From: a virus
Taxonomy: Duplodnaviria; Caudoviricetes
Reading direction: 5' to 3' (one strand)
DNA: 64,000 bases
IMG/VR virus record: IMGVR_UViG_3300021255_001778
Coordinates: 1 to 64,000 of that record
Under the pieces are notes generated by a model. The model saw only the letters and a program-made list of their open reading frames with translations, had not been told where the DNA came from and ran no database searches. This document shows, piece after piece, positions 12,068 through 22,769 of the stretch. Made by a program: the position numbers and the translations under genes. How positions within the stretch are numbered: the stretch's first letter is position 1; each line of letters begins with the position of its first letter.

Positions 12068-12092
12068 GGGGCGGCTTCACTACCGCCCCTTT
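12068..12092 (+). terminator. Hairpin after the tape measure gene
   Basis: GGGGCGG-N8-CCGCCCC then TTT. Confidence 0.5.
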
Positions 12093-12112
12093 ACCTATAT
12101 TGGAGGAAAAGG

Positions 12113-12400
12113 ATGGACACTGATTATAAGATCAAACGACTGCGTAGACAGATAGAGAGTCTTCAGAAAAGGAACGAAAGTCTGCGTACTGAAAACACAG
12201 AGCTAAAGGAGAAGAATTCTATATTGGAAGAAAAAGCTTCTGAGGCAGAGGAAATCATAGATGAATATCAGGCTTTAATAGACGAGATGCGTGATATACG
12301 TATCGCATACCGTACCTCTATTCATGATCTTATCGAACTTAAACAAGAATACACGAAGAAATTTCAAGAGCACGTTAAGCGTATTAAACGGCAAACTTGA
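12113..12400 (+). CDS. Coiled-coil hypothetical protein
   Basis: GGAGG RBS before ATG 12113; heptad-like charged sequence. Confidence 0.7.
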   Translation: MDTDYKIKRLRRQIESLQKRNESLRTENTELKEKNSILEEKASEAEEIIDEYQALIDEMRDIRIAYRTSIHDLIELKQEYTKKFQEHVKRIKRQT

Positions 12401-12417
12401 TAGGGAGGTGATATAAC

Positions 12418-13215
12418 ATGGATAATTGTGATTTCAGTTTTCGGGGAGAAACGCTCAGCAGTCATGGTTTCATGTTATGCGATTTTAGTGGAGCTTCCTC
12501 TGGTGGCGCTATAACTACAGACTCTCAGAGATCTTTTACGCAAATGTCTATGTTTGGAGGAAAACAGCTCCCGTTTCTTTATTATAGATATGACACCGGA
12601 TTGGTAATTCAGCTTTCGATTTGCAAGAACACAGATGACTCCGATATGCGTATTGCTGCGTCAGATGCACAAAAACTGAAGCGATGGCTTGAGTCTCCTA
12701 ACCCAGAAATCTTTAGACTGCTTGACAGCGAATATCTTGATGTCTACTGGGAAGGAACGTTTAACGTCGAGGAATACAGAATTGCAAGCGAGCTTTACGG
12801 GTTTAATATCACGTTTACTGCTACTGCCCCGTGGGGATATAAAGAGGATGTTATTACATCTGGAAACGTTGCAGCGAATGGAACCGTGACGATCAATGAT
12901 TCGAGCGATGAAGAAGGATATATTTATCCTGATATCAGACTGAAAATATTAGAGGCTGGTGATCTTACTATCACAAACTCGTTTGACGCGAGAGAAACAT
13001 TGATAACGGATTGCGAGCTTAACGAAGTGATTCATATCAATCACTTCCTGCAACTGTATACAGATAGCACTACTCACGATCTGTATAACAGCTTCAACTA
13101 CAGATTTCTACGAATTCATAATTCATACGATGAGAACGAGAACGTATTAACATTCAGCTTACCGTGTGAATATGAAATCACATATAAACCGATAGCAAAG
13201 GCGGTGTTCGATTGA
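12418..13215 (+). CDS. Distal tail protein (Dit)-like
   Basis: Follows the TMP; F-x-A-T-A-P-W-G-Y and IYPDI motifs typical of Dit-like proteins. Confidence 0.7.
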   Translation: MDNCDFSFRGETLSSHGFMLCDFSGASSGGAITTDSQRSFTQMSMFGGKQLPFLYYRYDTGLVIQLSICKNTDDSDMRIAASDAQKLKRWLESPNPEIFRLLDSEYLDVYWEGTFNVEEYRIASELYGFNITFTATAPWGYKEDVITSGNVAANGTVTINDSSDEEGYIYPDIRLKILEAGDLTITNSFDARETLITDCELNEVIHINHFLQLYTDSTTHDLYNSFNYRFLRIHNSYDENENVLTFSLPCEYEITYKPIAKAVFD

Positions 13216-16200
13216 ATAATTTATATGGTGATATTATAGAAGTTGACGAGCATCGCTGTCCGGTATATCCGGATGTGGTGGTAGCATATAGAAACGGAAA
13301 GAAAATCGGCATCCTCAGAAATGTAGATGCGCTGGTGAATTCTAATCACATGATGGAGGCGCCTGAGCTTTCGTTTGATGTTCACAAAAAGCTAAATGGC
13401 GTAGAATGTGAACTGTGGGGAGATGTAAAGGATTTTCGGCTTATATATGTACCAGTGCTGGATGCTCCAGACTTCAATCCGTGGTATGAACTTCATGTAA
13501 CAATTGACGAATATGATGAAACCGTAAAACACTGCGAGTGTTTTCATATTCAGGAAACGGAGCTGAGTCAGCTCTCTCTGCATAATATCGAAATCAATAC
13601 TGAGTCAGATATCGACAGAAACGATTATGTTCCTACGAAAATTTACGATGAGACTAACCCGGAAGCTTCTCTTCTCAACAGGCTTCTGAAAGACAAGGCA
13701 TCTCACTACTCTATTCATCATGTGGACGGATCGATTGCAAATCTGCAGAGGACATTCTCCTGGAGTGATACAGATATAAAAAGCGCATTCGACGATATTG
13801 CCGAAGAGGTTGAGTGTCTGTTTGTATATGGTCTGTCTACGCTGGATGACGGCAAGATTCATCGTACAATCTCGGTATATGATCTTAACGATGTATGTCT
13901 GGACTGTGGGGAACGTGGATCATTTGAGGATGGAATATGTACAAAATGCGGATCGACAAACATTCGCGACGGATACGGTCTTGATAGTGGTATTTTTATT
14001 AATACAGAAAATTTTGCGTCTAATATTTCGTATGAATCAAACGCTGATGATGTAAAGAATTGCTTCCGACTTGAGGGCGGCGACGACATAATGACTGACG
14101 CCATTCGGAATATTAATCCGACACGCAGTCAATACATATGGCATCTTAGTGATGATACTAGATCCGATATGTCAGAGGAATTACAGTCTGCTCTCTCACT
14201 TTACGACGCTAGATATAAAGCATATGAGAGCACAGAGGAACTTCAGATTTCTCAGGCTGATGTAGATGCATATAATACCTTAGTAAATAAGTACTCTTCG
14301 TTCGACGAGGATCTTGAGACAGTTACGTATCCTATTACTGGATATTCAAACCTGACGGATTTTTATTATAAAAATATGGAGCTGCATTCTTTTCTGCAAA
14401 CTACTCTTGCGCCGAGTATGCCGGACGGTACTAGTACTACTGCTGCTATTGAGGCCGAGAAATTATCGTCTGGTGTTCTGTCATCTATGGGTATTCAGAA
14501 TGCGGAAATAGCATCGGAAACAACCGTTAATTCTGCAATGATAAACTACGCTAAGGTGTATTTCGAGTCAGCTCTATACGGAATAAAAATCAAGACTTCA
14601 AGCTACAATTCGTCCACTCATATTTGGACAGGCATATTCACTCTCACATCGTATACAGATGACGAAGATACAGCCGATACAGACACAATAACTACTACGG
14701 TTACTGGTGCGACTGCTGAATATCTGAAAACGCTTCTTGAAAAGACAATGAAGAAGAATGGAAAGGATGCTACCGGAACGGTAGCTCTTTTTGAATTGAC
14801 CGAATCGCAATTCGAGACTGCACTGTCGAGTTATAGCCTTGATAACCTGTCAATGTTTTCTCAGATTGCGCGGGCCTGTCTTGATGTCCTTATCGATCAA
14901 GGTTGTGCTACTGAAGGATCGTCTTTATATGCAGACACCTATAACGCTATATATCTTCCGTATTACAGAAAGAGCGGATTAATTGAGAGCGAGCTTGCCG
15001 AACGCGAGGCTGAAGTAGCGACAGTTGATGGTATATTGGAGGATATTGAAAAGGAACGTACGAGAATCGCTACTGTGTTGGATTTGAAGTCATTCCTTGG
15101 CAATGATTTATGGGCGGAGTTCTGTTCGTTTAGACGCGACGGTGAATACAAAAATGAGAATTATATCTCTGATGGTCTTGACGATAAAGAAATCATAACG
15201 AATTCTCAGGAATTCATGAAGCGTGCTCAGCGCGACCTTATTAAGGCGTCTACGCTTCAACACACAATTAGTTGCAATCTTAATGATTTCATTTTGTATG
15301 ATGCTAGGGACTATTCTGTTCGAGAAGAAATTAAAACATTGCTCGTCAGTAATAATGGAACAAATATCGTGACAGCAGATGATGAGGATATTATTGTATA
15401 TGTCCCGCCATCTGAGAGGATATACATTAATAATCATCCGTACGTCATCAATAAAAAATCTGTATTCGCACCACTGCTCACATATTTTAAAATCGGTAAC
15501 TGGATACGTGTAGAAATTGACAGTAAGATTTATAAACTTCGTATGACCGATTATACGGTTACATATGATGATCTTGCAGTTATTGAGGTAGAGTTTTCTG
15601 ACGTGACGTATGCTCTTGGTGCCATGTCCGATATCGCAAGTATTCTATCTAAATCAGCATCTATGTCTACATCATATTCTACTGTGTCTAGGCAGGCTGG
15701 TAATGGTCAGAAAGCTAATGCTGAAATTATAAATATGGTCGAGAACGGTCTGTACTTGACGAATAAGAAAATTGCAAATGCTGATAATCAGAACTTGACA
15801 CTTGATGAATATGGAATGCTGGTACGTCAGATTGGTGAATACACGAATGACTATTTACCTGAACAAGTTAAGATTATAAATAAGGGATTATATTTTACCG
15901 ATGATGATTGGTTGACAGCAAAAGCTGCTATCGGCAAATTCGAGTACTATGATCCTATGGATGGAATATATAAAGAAGGATACGGCGTTATTGCCGAGAA
16001 GATTATCGGTAATTTGATCCTCGGTAATGATCTTGGAATTTATAACGAGTCTGGTTCATTTACCGCAAATGAAGATGGGGTTATAATTACAGCCTATCCT
16101 AATCTAGATAATTCCAATCTTTTTACAGTTCGGAGAAGTAATGGCGACGGTACATATACAACGTATATGGACTTTAACGCAAATGGTGATTTTGAGCTTA

Positions 16201-17579
16201 ACGTAGATAAAGGGTCGATAAATCTAGGTAACGGGAATTTTGTCGTCACATCTAATGGTGTTATGACGGCAAAGTCAGGTACTTTCTATGGGTCTTTATC
16301 TCTTGGCGGAAGCACAAGTCCAGGTTCGTTAAAGGTTTATGATTCTAGCGACAGGCTAATAGCCGCAATTGATAAGTCGAATTTTTATATACAATCATAC
16401 TCGGGAAATAACACAAGTAAGTTAGACCTTTTGTCTGGTGCTTTACGACTTCTTACAAACAACACATATCATGGCGGTGTTCATAATAGACTAACTACAA
16501 ATGCAGAGGGCGCTACGTTGGAAGGGCTAAATACTGTTGGTCTGGGAATTGGAAATGGATCTACAGGGACTAATTACTATAATCTTGCCAGTGATACAGC
16601 AATAGGAAATCTTTCATATTGTGTTTACAGACATAATTTCTATGGTTCTATGGGTTCTGTTTTTGGCAACGTGTCTCTCAAATCTTCTAATAATAATATA
16701 ACTAGCAACACAGCTTTAGGATACGGAGTTGCAGAGTCTAATAAGTATAACGTCGGCATGTTTGAAGTGAGCGCGATGACAGATGGAAAGACAAGAACTG
16801 CTGTTTGGGTGTTTAATAGAAACTCATCTGGCACGCAAGTGGCAAGTGGTTGCATAGGTCTCATAGCGGATAAATCTGGAAATGTTACTTATAGTGTTAC
16901 ACAGCCTGCAAATTTCAGATCGGCGATAAGCGCAGTAAATAAAGGCGGCGATACGATGACTGGATCGCTTACAGTAAGCTACAGTGGCGCATCTTATTAT
17001 ACAAAACATACTGGTATCAACGCAAAGGCTACAAATAACGGAGTCTCCTCTACTCAATGGTGGGGGTTGTGGAATCAAGATAATAATGGGTATAGTATAG
17101 GCGCATTTCTTGCGTTCGCGCAATCTGACGGTAAAACGGGTGCTGGTATTTGGGTATACAACAGAAATACAGCGGGCACTCAAATAGGTTCATGTGCCTT
17201 ACAGATGTTCTACGATAAATCCGGTAATGTATCGTATTCTGTATCAGCACCTAGAGCCTTCTTTAGAGCAGTCGGTACGTGGATTCAAATAGCTTCAACA
17301 TCTGGTACAACCAAAGCCACTTTTAATATAAGTGGGTACAACGAGGTTCTAATTGTTGCTTGGTATGGCACATCCTATGCAGGATCTGTTGTTGTCCCAA
17401 CAGCTGAAATGAATAACACAGAATATGAATGGTACTTAGGTGGAGGTAAAAGTGGAGCGGCAGCTTCTGCGTCCGGACGCCGAGCATGTTGTAAATTGAC
17501 CAAAACATATATCACGCCTGTCACGATTGCTGTCAATGGTGTTGAAAATAATGGCAATTGGCGTGTATACGCGAGATAA
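13212..17579 (+). CDS. Tail tip/baseplate hub protein with C-terminal fibre-like extension
   Basis: 1455 aa after Dit; beta-rich Gly/Ser/Thr C-terminus with an internal duplication. Confidence 0.75.
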   Translation: MNNLYGDIIEVDEHRCPVYPDVVVAYRNGKKIGILRNVDALVNSNHMMEAPELSFDVHKKLNGVECELWGDVKDFRLIYVPVLDAPDFNPWYELHVTIDEYDETVKHCECFHIQETELSQLSLHNIEINTESDIDRNDYVPTKIYDETNPEASLLNRLLKDKASHYSIHHVDGSIANLQRTFSWSDTDIKSAFDDIAEEVECLFVYGLSTLDDGKIHRTISVYDLNDVCLDCGERGSFEDGICTKCGSTNIRDGYGLDSGIFINTENFASNISYESNADDVKNCFRLEGGDDIMTDAIRNINPTRSQYIWHLSDDTRSDMSEELQSALSLYDARYKAYESTEELQISQADVDAYNTLVNKYSSFDEDLETVTYPITGYSNLTDFYYKNMELHSFLQTTLAPSMPDGTSTTAAIEAEKLSSGVLSSMGIQNAEIASETTVNSAMINYAKVYFESALYGIKIKTSSYNSSTHIWTGIFTLTSYTDDEDTADTDTITTTVTGATAEYLKTLLEKTMKKNGKDATGTVALFELTESQFETALSSYSLDNLSMFSQIARACLDVLIDQGCATEGSSLYADTYNAIYLPYYRKSGLIESELAEREAEVATVDGILEDIEKERTRIATVLDLKSFLGNDLWAEFCSFRRDGEYKNENYISDGLDDKEIITNSQEFMKRAQRDLIKASTLQHTISCNLNDFILYDARDYSVREEIKTLLVSNNGTNIVTADDEDIIVYVPPSERIYINNHPYVINKKSVFAPLLTYFKIGNWIRVEIDSKIYKLRMTDYTVTYDDLAVIEVEFSDVTYALGAMSDIASILSKSASMSTSYSTVSRQAGNGQKANAEIINMVENGLYLTNKKIANADNQNLTLDEYGMLVRQIGEYTNDYLPEQVKIINKGLYFTDDDWLTAKAAIGKFEYYDPMDGIYKEGYGVIAEKIIGNLILGNDLGIYNESGSFTANEDGVIITAYPNLDNSNLFTVRRSNGDGTYTTYMDFNANGDFELNVDKGSINLGNGNFVVTSNGVMTAKSGTFYGSLSLGGSTSPGSLKVYDSSDRLIAAIDKSNFYIQSYSGNNTSKLDLLSGALRLLTNNTYHGGVHNRLTTNAEGATLEGLNTVGLGIGNGSTGTNYYNLASDTAIGNLSYCVYRHNFYGSMGSVFGNVSLKSSNNNITSNTALGYGVAESNKYNVGMFEVSAMTDGKTRTAVWVFNRNSSGTQVASGCIGLIADKSGNVTYSVTQPANFRSAISAVNKGGDTMTGSLTVSYSGASYYTKHTGINAKATNNGVSSTQWWGLWNQDNNGYSIGAFLAFAQSDGKTGAGIWVYNRNTAGTQIGSCALQMFYDKSGNVSYSVSAPRAFFRAVGTWIQIASTSGTTKATFNISGYNEVLIVAWYGTSYAGSVVVPTAEMNNTEYEWYLGGGKSGAAASASGRRACCKLTKTYITPVTIAVNGVENNGNWRVYAR

Positions 17580-17594
17580 TAATAGGAGAAAATT

Positions 17595-17816
17595 ATGTAT
17601 CCTGAAGGAACGAAATTTATAGTAATCGAAATACAAAAGGATAAAGATGGAAATATAGGAAATCTAATATGGTCGTATGATAATCAAAATCAAGCGGAAA
17701 GTCAGTATTACACAGTTCTTGCCGCCGCTGCGATAAGTACCATTCCTAAGCATAGTGTAAGTCTTCTGCATGAAGACGGGTTTGTAATTCGTACAGAAAC
17801 TTATACACATGAATAA
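17595..17816 (+). CDS. Hypothetical protein
   Basis: ORF with AGGAG RBS. Confidence 0.7.
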   Translation: MYPEGTKFIVIEIQKDKDGNIGNLIWSYDNQNQAESQYYTVLAAAAISTIPKHSVSLLHEDGFVIRTETYTHE

Positions 17817-17825
17817 TAGAACAGA

Positions 17826-18236
17826 ATGAAAGGAAATAACATGTTAGCAATAGATATTAAAAATGCATACGAAAACTTATCAATGTTCAAAATGGATCAG
17901 AATGAACGTCATCTTCCTCCGAAGATGGAACTCTATATTATTCGTAATCTGAAAAATCTCAAAGACGCTGCAGAAGATATTGAAACCGCTCGCGTAGAAA
18001 TCTGCAATCGTTTTGCGAAAAAAGACGATGAAGGAAATGCAGTCTTGAATGATCGCGAAGAATATATCATTGAGGATGTGACTGAGTTCAATAAGGAGAT
18101 GAGCGAATTGCTCTCTTCTGAGATAGATGTCAAATTAATGCTGCTTGACTCGGACGTAATAGAAAACTATGACGATGATAAGTACGACAATTTATCTATG
18201 GATGATCTATTAAAAATAGAATGCATGATTGAATAA
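17826..18236 (+). CDS. Acidic hypothetical protein
   Basis: ORF in the operon, followed by a terminator. Confidence 0.7.
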   Translation: MKGNNMLAIDIKNAYENLSMFKMDQNERHLPPKMELYIIRNLKNLKDAAEDIETARVEICNRFAKKDDEGNAVLNDREEYIIEDVTEFNKEMSELLSSEIDVKLMLLDSDVIENYDDDKYDNLSMDDLLKIECMIE

Positions 18237-18255
18237 TATAAGTTTTTGTTTTATT

Positions 18256-18281
18256 AAGAGGCTGCTTCGGCGGCCTCTTTT
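18256..18281 (+). terminator. Intrinsic terminator
   Basis: AAGAGGCTGC-TTCG-GCGGCCTCTT then TT. Confidence 0.8.
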
Positions 18282-18318
18282 GCAATGTTATTTTTCCTAA
18301 AGACAAGGAGGGAAAATA

Positions 18319-19374
18319 ATGGGAAAAAGAATTACAGAGCTAGAGGAGACTCAACTGGTGTCGACTGGTGACTTCGTAATGCTAGATAACGACACTCTTG
18401 GCGACTCAAAATATGATCTCGGGAAAAAAATCGATAGCATAGATCAGGCTGTTACCGGAATACAGAGCGACATACATAATATTAATCTGTCGTTAAGTGA
18501 CGTATCGGATGAAATAGATAATATCAATCAATCACTTGACGATGCGAATGACGATATTTCTGCCGCATCATATTTTTCAAATATTACCGGAGTAAAAAAT
18601 TTGGCAAAATATCCGTACTATCATACAGGATCATCTCCGTTGGAACAAAATGGTATTACATGGACTGATAACGGAGATGGGACGATTACGGCGGATGGTA
18701 CGCCTTCTGGAACATCGCTTTTTTTGTTATGGTCAAATTTAGATGGAATACTACCAAATACTGAACCTGGGAAAAAATATATCCTCAGTCTCGAAGTGCA
18801 AGGCGGATCTTGTTCATGCAGTTTTCAGTATAATTCTAGCAGTTCTGTTGTCGTAGAACACCTTCTTACTAAAGTCACAAACACGACAGAAGAAATCGAA
18901 TTTACAGCACCGACAGAAGGATATACTGCAAATACCTTCAGCTTATTTATCCGTGCAGATCATGGTGCTCAAACAGGTACGTTGATCAAACCGATGTTAA
19001 GACCTGCTGTTGTAAGTGATAATACGTATAAACAATATGTCGATCCGAGCATAGCCGCAATCAGAGAAATGTTTTCCAAAATGATTGTGATGAAGAGATA
19101 CAGAGCTTTAGATGTAACCATTGAGGCTGGACAAACTGCAATTATTACAGGCGCTGATTTGGGTATAGAAGCCCCAAGTGGGTATACATTGCTTGCAATT
19201 CGTCGTTTTCAGTCGTCGATAGAAAAGGTAGTGATATCAACATTAATGCCCGGAGCGTCAGCTACTGGTTCTGCAATAAGAGCCGTCAATACAAGCGATG
19301 CTTCAGTTACATGTATGTTTACTATAGACGTTGTGTACATAAAGAACGATCTCTATTTTGCTCTCAGTACATAA
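18319..19374 (+). CDS. Putative tail fibre/receptor-binding protein (coiled coil + beta-sandwich-like region)
   Basis: N-terminal coiled coil; NGITWTDNGDGTIT-type beta region. Confidence 0.55.
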   Translation: MGKRITELEETQLVSTGDFVMLDNDTLGDSKYDLGKKIDSIDQAVTGIQSDIHNINLSLSDVSDEIDNINQSLDDANDDISAASYFSNITGVKNLAKYPYYHTGSSPLEQNGITWTDNGDGTITADGTPSGTSLFLLWSNLDGILPNTEPGKKYILSLEVQGGSCSCSFQYNSSSSVVVEHLLTKVTNTTEEIEFTAPTEGYTANTFSLFIRADHGAQTGTLIKPMLRPAVVSDNTYKQYVDPSIAAIREMFSKMIVMKRYRALDVTIEAGQTAIITGADLGIEAPSGYTLLAIRRFQSSIEKVVISTLMPGASATGSAIRAVNTSDASVTCMFTIDVVYIKNDLYFALST

Positions 19375-19419
19375 TCTGAAAACACAGATATCTCTATTTG
19401 GAAGGGATGGTGATTATAT

Positions 19420-19752
19420 ATGTTCTATGTTGATGGAAATGACATCTATCTAACCCGTGGAGATACGATGATATTAAATGTGACAATCACAAAAGACGGA
19501 AGCTCCTACACTCCGGCATCCGGAGACACAATTCGTTTCGCTATGAAGCAACGATACGAAGATTCGGACGCAGACGTACTTATTAATAAAAACATTGACA
19601 TGAGCACAATGCAACTAACTCTCCTGCCCTCTGACACAAAGAATCTCAAGATGGGACGGAGCTACGTATACGACATCGAGTTCGTCGACGCAAGTGGCAA
19701 TGTCGATACGTTTATAAAAGGAAACTTTTATCTCGGTGAGGAGGTGCTGTAA
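19420..19752 (+). CDS. BppU-N-like baseplate/fibre attachment protein
   Basis: IYLTRGDT...L-x-P-x-D-T...Y-x-Y-D-I-E pattern. Confidence 0.55.
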   Translation: MFYVDGNDIYLTRGDTMILNVTITKDGSSYTPASGDTIRFAMKQRYEDSDADVLINKNIDMSTMQLTLLPSDTKNLKMGRSYVYDIEFVDASGNVDTFIKGNFYLGEEVL

Positions 19753-20009
19753 TGGCTGATATTTCTGGTAGCTTATCAGGATCTTCTACAGTATCCGGAT
19801 TGTTGGGATCTTCTACAATATCCGGATCGTTAGCTATGCCATTTGGTGCAATCGACGCTGAGATTGAAGAGCTTCGAAATGAATTACAGAATATTCGTTT
19901 GGGGGCAGACGGTACTACATATGACACGGCAGGTATCTCTGTCAGAACACAGATTCAGAATATTATAAACAACTCTCCTACCGTGGAGAATGGTAAGTTA
20001 GTCATTTAA
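19752..20009 (+). CDS. Hypothetical fibre-associated protein
   Basis: Coupled ORF; IRLGADGTTYDTAG motif. Confidence 0.6.
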   Translation: MADISGSLSGSSTVSGLLGSSTISGSLAMPFGAIDAEIEELRNELQNIRLGADGTTYDTAGISVRTQIQNIINNSPTVENGKLVI

Positions 20010-20019
20010 GAAAGGAGGC

Positions 20020-21165
20020 GTGAATATGGCTCTTAATGTTACTGTTGTTAAATTTAGAAAAGGAAACACCACTGCTCTCGCGTCTCCTTTGTATCAGTAT
20101 GACTACGGTCAGATTATTAAAATAGAAGGTCTCGATCTGCCAGACGCTTACGAGGTTCATTTCGACAATGTACTTGATGGCGTTGAAGCGATACCTCAGA
20201 TTGGCACAGCCGACGGCGTTGTCATCCCGGATGTTCTTCTCGAGGAATCGGATCCGATTTACGCATGGGTCTTCCTTCACGAGGGCGAGGATGATGGTGA
20301 GACAAAGTATGTCATTACCATTCCTATAAAGGCACGTTCTAAGGCCACACAGGTCACTCCCGATCCTGTTAAGCAGGATGTTATCACTCAGACGCTAGCG
20401 GCGCTGAATACGGCTGTAAACAAGGCTAATATAGCTATTAAGCATTATCCTTATATCGGCGAGACTGGTACGTGGCTCGTGTGGGATGTTGAGACTGAAG
20501 CGTATGTCGATACAGAGATTGACGCTACAGGGCCGCAAGGCGAACAGGGTATTCAAGGTGAGGTTGGCGAAACTGGAAATGGCATCGAGAGTGTCGTATT
20601 AAATCAAGACTATACTCTCACTATCAATTATACGAATGGTGATACGTACACAACATCGTCTATCAGAGGCGAGAAGGGTGCGACCGGTGATGCTGGTAAT
20701 GGCATTCAGGATATTCGTATGAACGCTGACTATACTCTCACTATTACTATGGAAGACGGATCGGTATATACTACCACTTCTATCCGTGGTGAAAAAGGTG
20801 AAAAGGGTGCGGACGGTGCGACTGGTAACGGAATAGATAGAATTACATTGAATCAGGATTACACCCTGACTGTGTATTTTACGGACGGAACCTCGACCAC
20901 GACATCTTCTATTCAAGGGCAGAAAGGTGAAAAGGGCGAGAAAGGAAGTACTGGAGATACTGGCAACGGTATTGATCATACCGTCCTTAACGACGATTAT
21001 ACACTTACGATTTATTATACAGATGGAACGTCTTTTACTACTACCCCAATTCGTGGCGCTCAGGGCGAGCAAGGTATTCAGGGTGAAAAAGGCGAGAAAG
21101 GTAAGGACGGATCTAAGATTGAATTTAATAATGGCGTGATGATTATCACAGGAGGTGACGCATAA
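20020..21165 (+). CDS. Collagen-like fibre protein with four ~40-aa repeats
   Basis: (GXY)n segments alternating with GNGI...LNxDYTLTIxYxDGxxxTTxxI repeats. Confidence 0.8.
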   Translation: MNMALNVTVVKFRKGNTTALASPLYQYDYGQIIKIEGLDLPDAYEVHFDNVLDGVEAIPQIGTADGVVIPDVLLEESDPIYAWVFLHEGEDDGETKYVITIPIKARSKATQVTPDPVKQDVITQTLAALNTAVNKANIAIKHYPYIGETGTWLVWDVETEAYVDTEIDATGPQGEQGIQGEVGETGNGIESVVLNQDYTLTINYTNGDTYTTSSIRGEKGATGDAGNGIQDIRMNADYTLTITMEDGSVYTTTSIRGEKGEKGADGATGNGIDRITLNQDYTLTVYFTDGTSTTTSSIQGQKGEKGEKGSTGDTGNGIDHTVLNDDYTLTIYYTDGTSFTTTPIRGAQGEQGIQGEKGEKGKDGSKIEFNNGVMIITGGDA

Positions 21166-22685
21166 TGCCATATGTTAATGTAATAAAAGACAAGGATACA
21201 GGCATAGAATATGAATTAACGCCGTCTTCTACCGCCGCTCTGTACAGCGCCAGCAGCACTTACGCAGTTGGCGATTTTTGTTATTATGACGGAACTTTGT
21301 ATAGATGCAAAACGGCGATCACAACTGGCGAAGCTTGGACAGCTGCTCACTGGGAAGCGACCACAGTCGGAGACAGTTTGAACGATGATGTATCGAACTT
21401 AAAGGACAATTTAAACGATTTAAACGATGCTCTTGGTACAACAGAACAAAGTGATAATTTGCTAAACCCATTGGGTTTTTCTGAAGGTTATTATTCGAGA
21501 GGAGCGTGGGTTGAGTCTACCACCTATTTGACAAGTGATTACATGGAATGTTTCGCTGAATCCGTGTATATTCATATGTTCAATCTGAATGATGGAACCT
21601 TGCAGGATACAGCACGAACATTCAGTTATATCTACTGGTTTGATGCACAGAAGAATTATCTAGACAGAACAAATCTTACGGCTGGAACAACTAGCTATAG
21701 TGTGCCAGATGGAGCGGTATTCTTCCGAGTCATGGATAGCAAAACCAGTATAACGAATAAACTGAATGACAACAAAGGCTTCTACGTTGGAGTCAAGGAC
21801 ACAGTAACATGGATTGCATACGATAAAGGCGGTGTGCCGAATTATGTTGAAATCATTGATGGAATAAATTCCAAAATTCAGAGTGCTTCATTAACTTTTG
21901 CGAATGGGGTTTACACGATAACAACAAATCATGCACGTTATATCATGCAACGAGTTACAATTCAGTCCGAAAATCTTGATACTTTCCGCCTATATAGGGG
22001 GGACCTTGTAAAAGGAAATGAAACATTCAACATGTGGAACAACTCTGATGCGGAAGGGGCTATTAGAATACAAAACGAGACGGATTTCGTAAGTGGTTAT
22101 CATGGCTCTGAAAAAATGACAGCTTATAAAATTTTTATGGACGGGGTAGACGTTACTTCTGAATTGTCCATTGATTCAGATTTTAACACGTTAATGTTCT
22201 ATGTTGAATCGGATGTTTACCATTGTTATCAAGACACATCTGTTGCGGACATCGTTGCGTTCAAGAGGAGTAAAATCGTTTGCTTTGACGGTGACAAAGT
22301 AACTATCAGTAATTCATACGTTGCACAAGAACCTTTGACTATTACGTCCGCAAAAATTACTCTGTTCCAATGCTACAAAACGGATGGAGACACCCCTATT
22401 TTTACTGATTTTTCGGTAAATACTGATTTTAAAAATTATTCAGTTTCAACTGTGGCAACGAGTAAGCCTACAGATAGCAACAAAATGTCCGAGGCAATTT
22501 TAAATACAACGTATGGAAATATTCGCTTTAAATCTCTTATGACAAGCGGACAATCATACAAGGGAAGCGTTACTGATTTTGCTTCGCAGAATCGTATTAA
22601 GTTCTATTTTGATACAATTTCTACGCCTACAGAAGTTCAAAGTGGAGAACAGATTGCGTCGCAATTTGAATTTGAAATAACTTAA
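21165..22685 (+). CDS. Putative receptor-binding/fibre protein with N-terminal CBM5/12-like anchor and variable C-terminal module
   Basis: YSASSTYAVGDFCYYDGTLYRC...WTAAHW motif; beta-rich C-terminus. Confidence 0.6.
   Translation: MPYVNVIKDKDTGIEYELTPSSTAALYSASSTYAVGDFCYYDGTLYRCKTAITTGEAWTAAHWEATTVGDSLNDDVSNLKDNLNDLNDALGTTEQSDNLLNPLGFSEGYYSRGAWVESTTYLTSDYMECFAESVYIHMFNLNDGTLQDTARTFSYIYWFDAQKNYLDRTNLTAGTTSYSVPDGAVFFRVMDSKTSITNKLNDNKGFYVGVKDTVTWIAYDKGGVPNYVEIIDGINSKIQSASLTFANGVYTITTNHARYIMQRVTIQSENLDTFRLYRGDLVKGNETFNMWNNSDAEGAIRIQNETDFVSGYHGSEKMTAYKIFMDGVDVTSELSIDSDFNTLMFYVESDVYHCYQDTSVADIVAFKRSKIVCFDGDKVTISNSYVAQEPLTITSAKITLFQCYKTDGDTPIFTDFSVNTDFKNYSVSTVATSKPTDSNKMSEAILNTTYGNIRFKSLMTSGQSYKGSVTDFASQNRIKFYFDTISTPTEVQSGEQIASQFEFEIT
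21396..21413 (+). other. Candidate recombination site L (AACTTAAAG-GACAA-TTTA) inside the RBP gene
   Basis: TAAA-N6-TTTA dyad; 9-bp direct repeat with 22679; read in frame as N-L-K. Confidence 0.5.
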
Positions 22686-22705
22686 AGATACCATTATTTA
22701 AGTAA
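22678..22705 (+). other. Candidate recombination site R (TAACTTAAAGA-TACCAT-TATTTAAGTAA)
   Basis: 11-6-11 imperfect inverted repeat (9/11) containing the RBP stop codon, immediately upstream of the recombinase promoter. Confidence 0.55.
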
Positions 22706-22708
22706 ATT

Positions 22709-22726
22709 TGCCATATAAATGTATTG
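22709..22726 (+). promoter_or_regulatory. 18-bp operator-like motif TGCCATATAAATGTATTG, copy 1
   Basis: Exact copy; last 3 bp overlap the -35 TTGACA. Confidence 0.8.
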
Positions 22727-22752
22727 ACAATACTACCCTTCTCGCTTATAAT
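22724..22752 (+). promoter_or_regulatory. SigmaA promoter of the XerD-like gene
   Basis: TTGACA-N17-TATAAT perfect consensus. Confidence 0.9.
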
Positions 22753-22769
22753 CCTAAGTATAAGAACGA

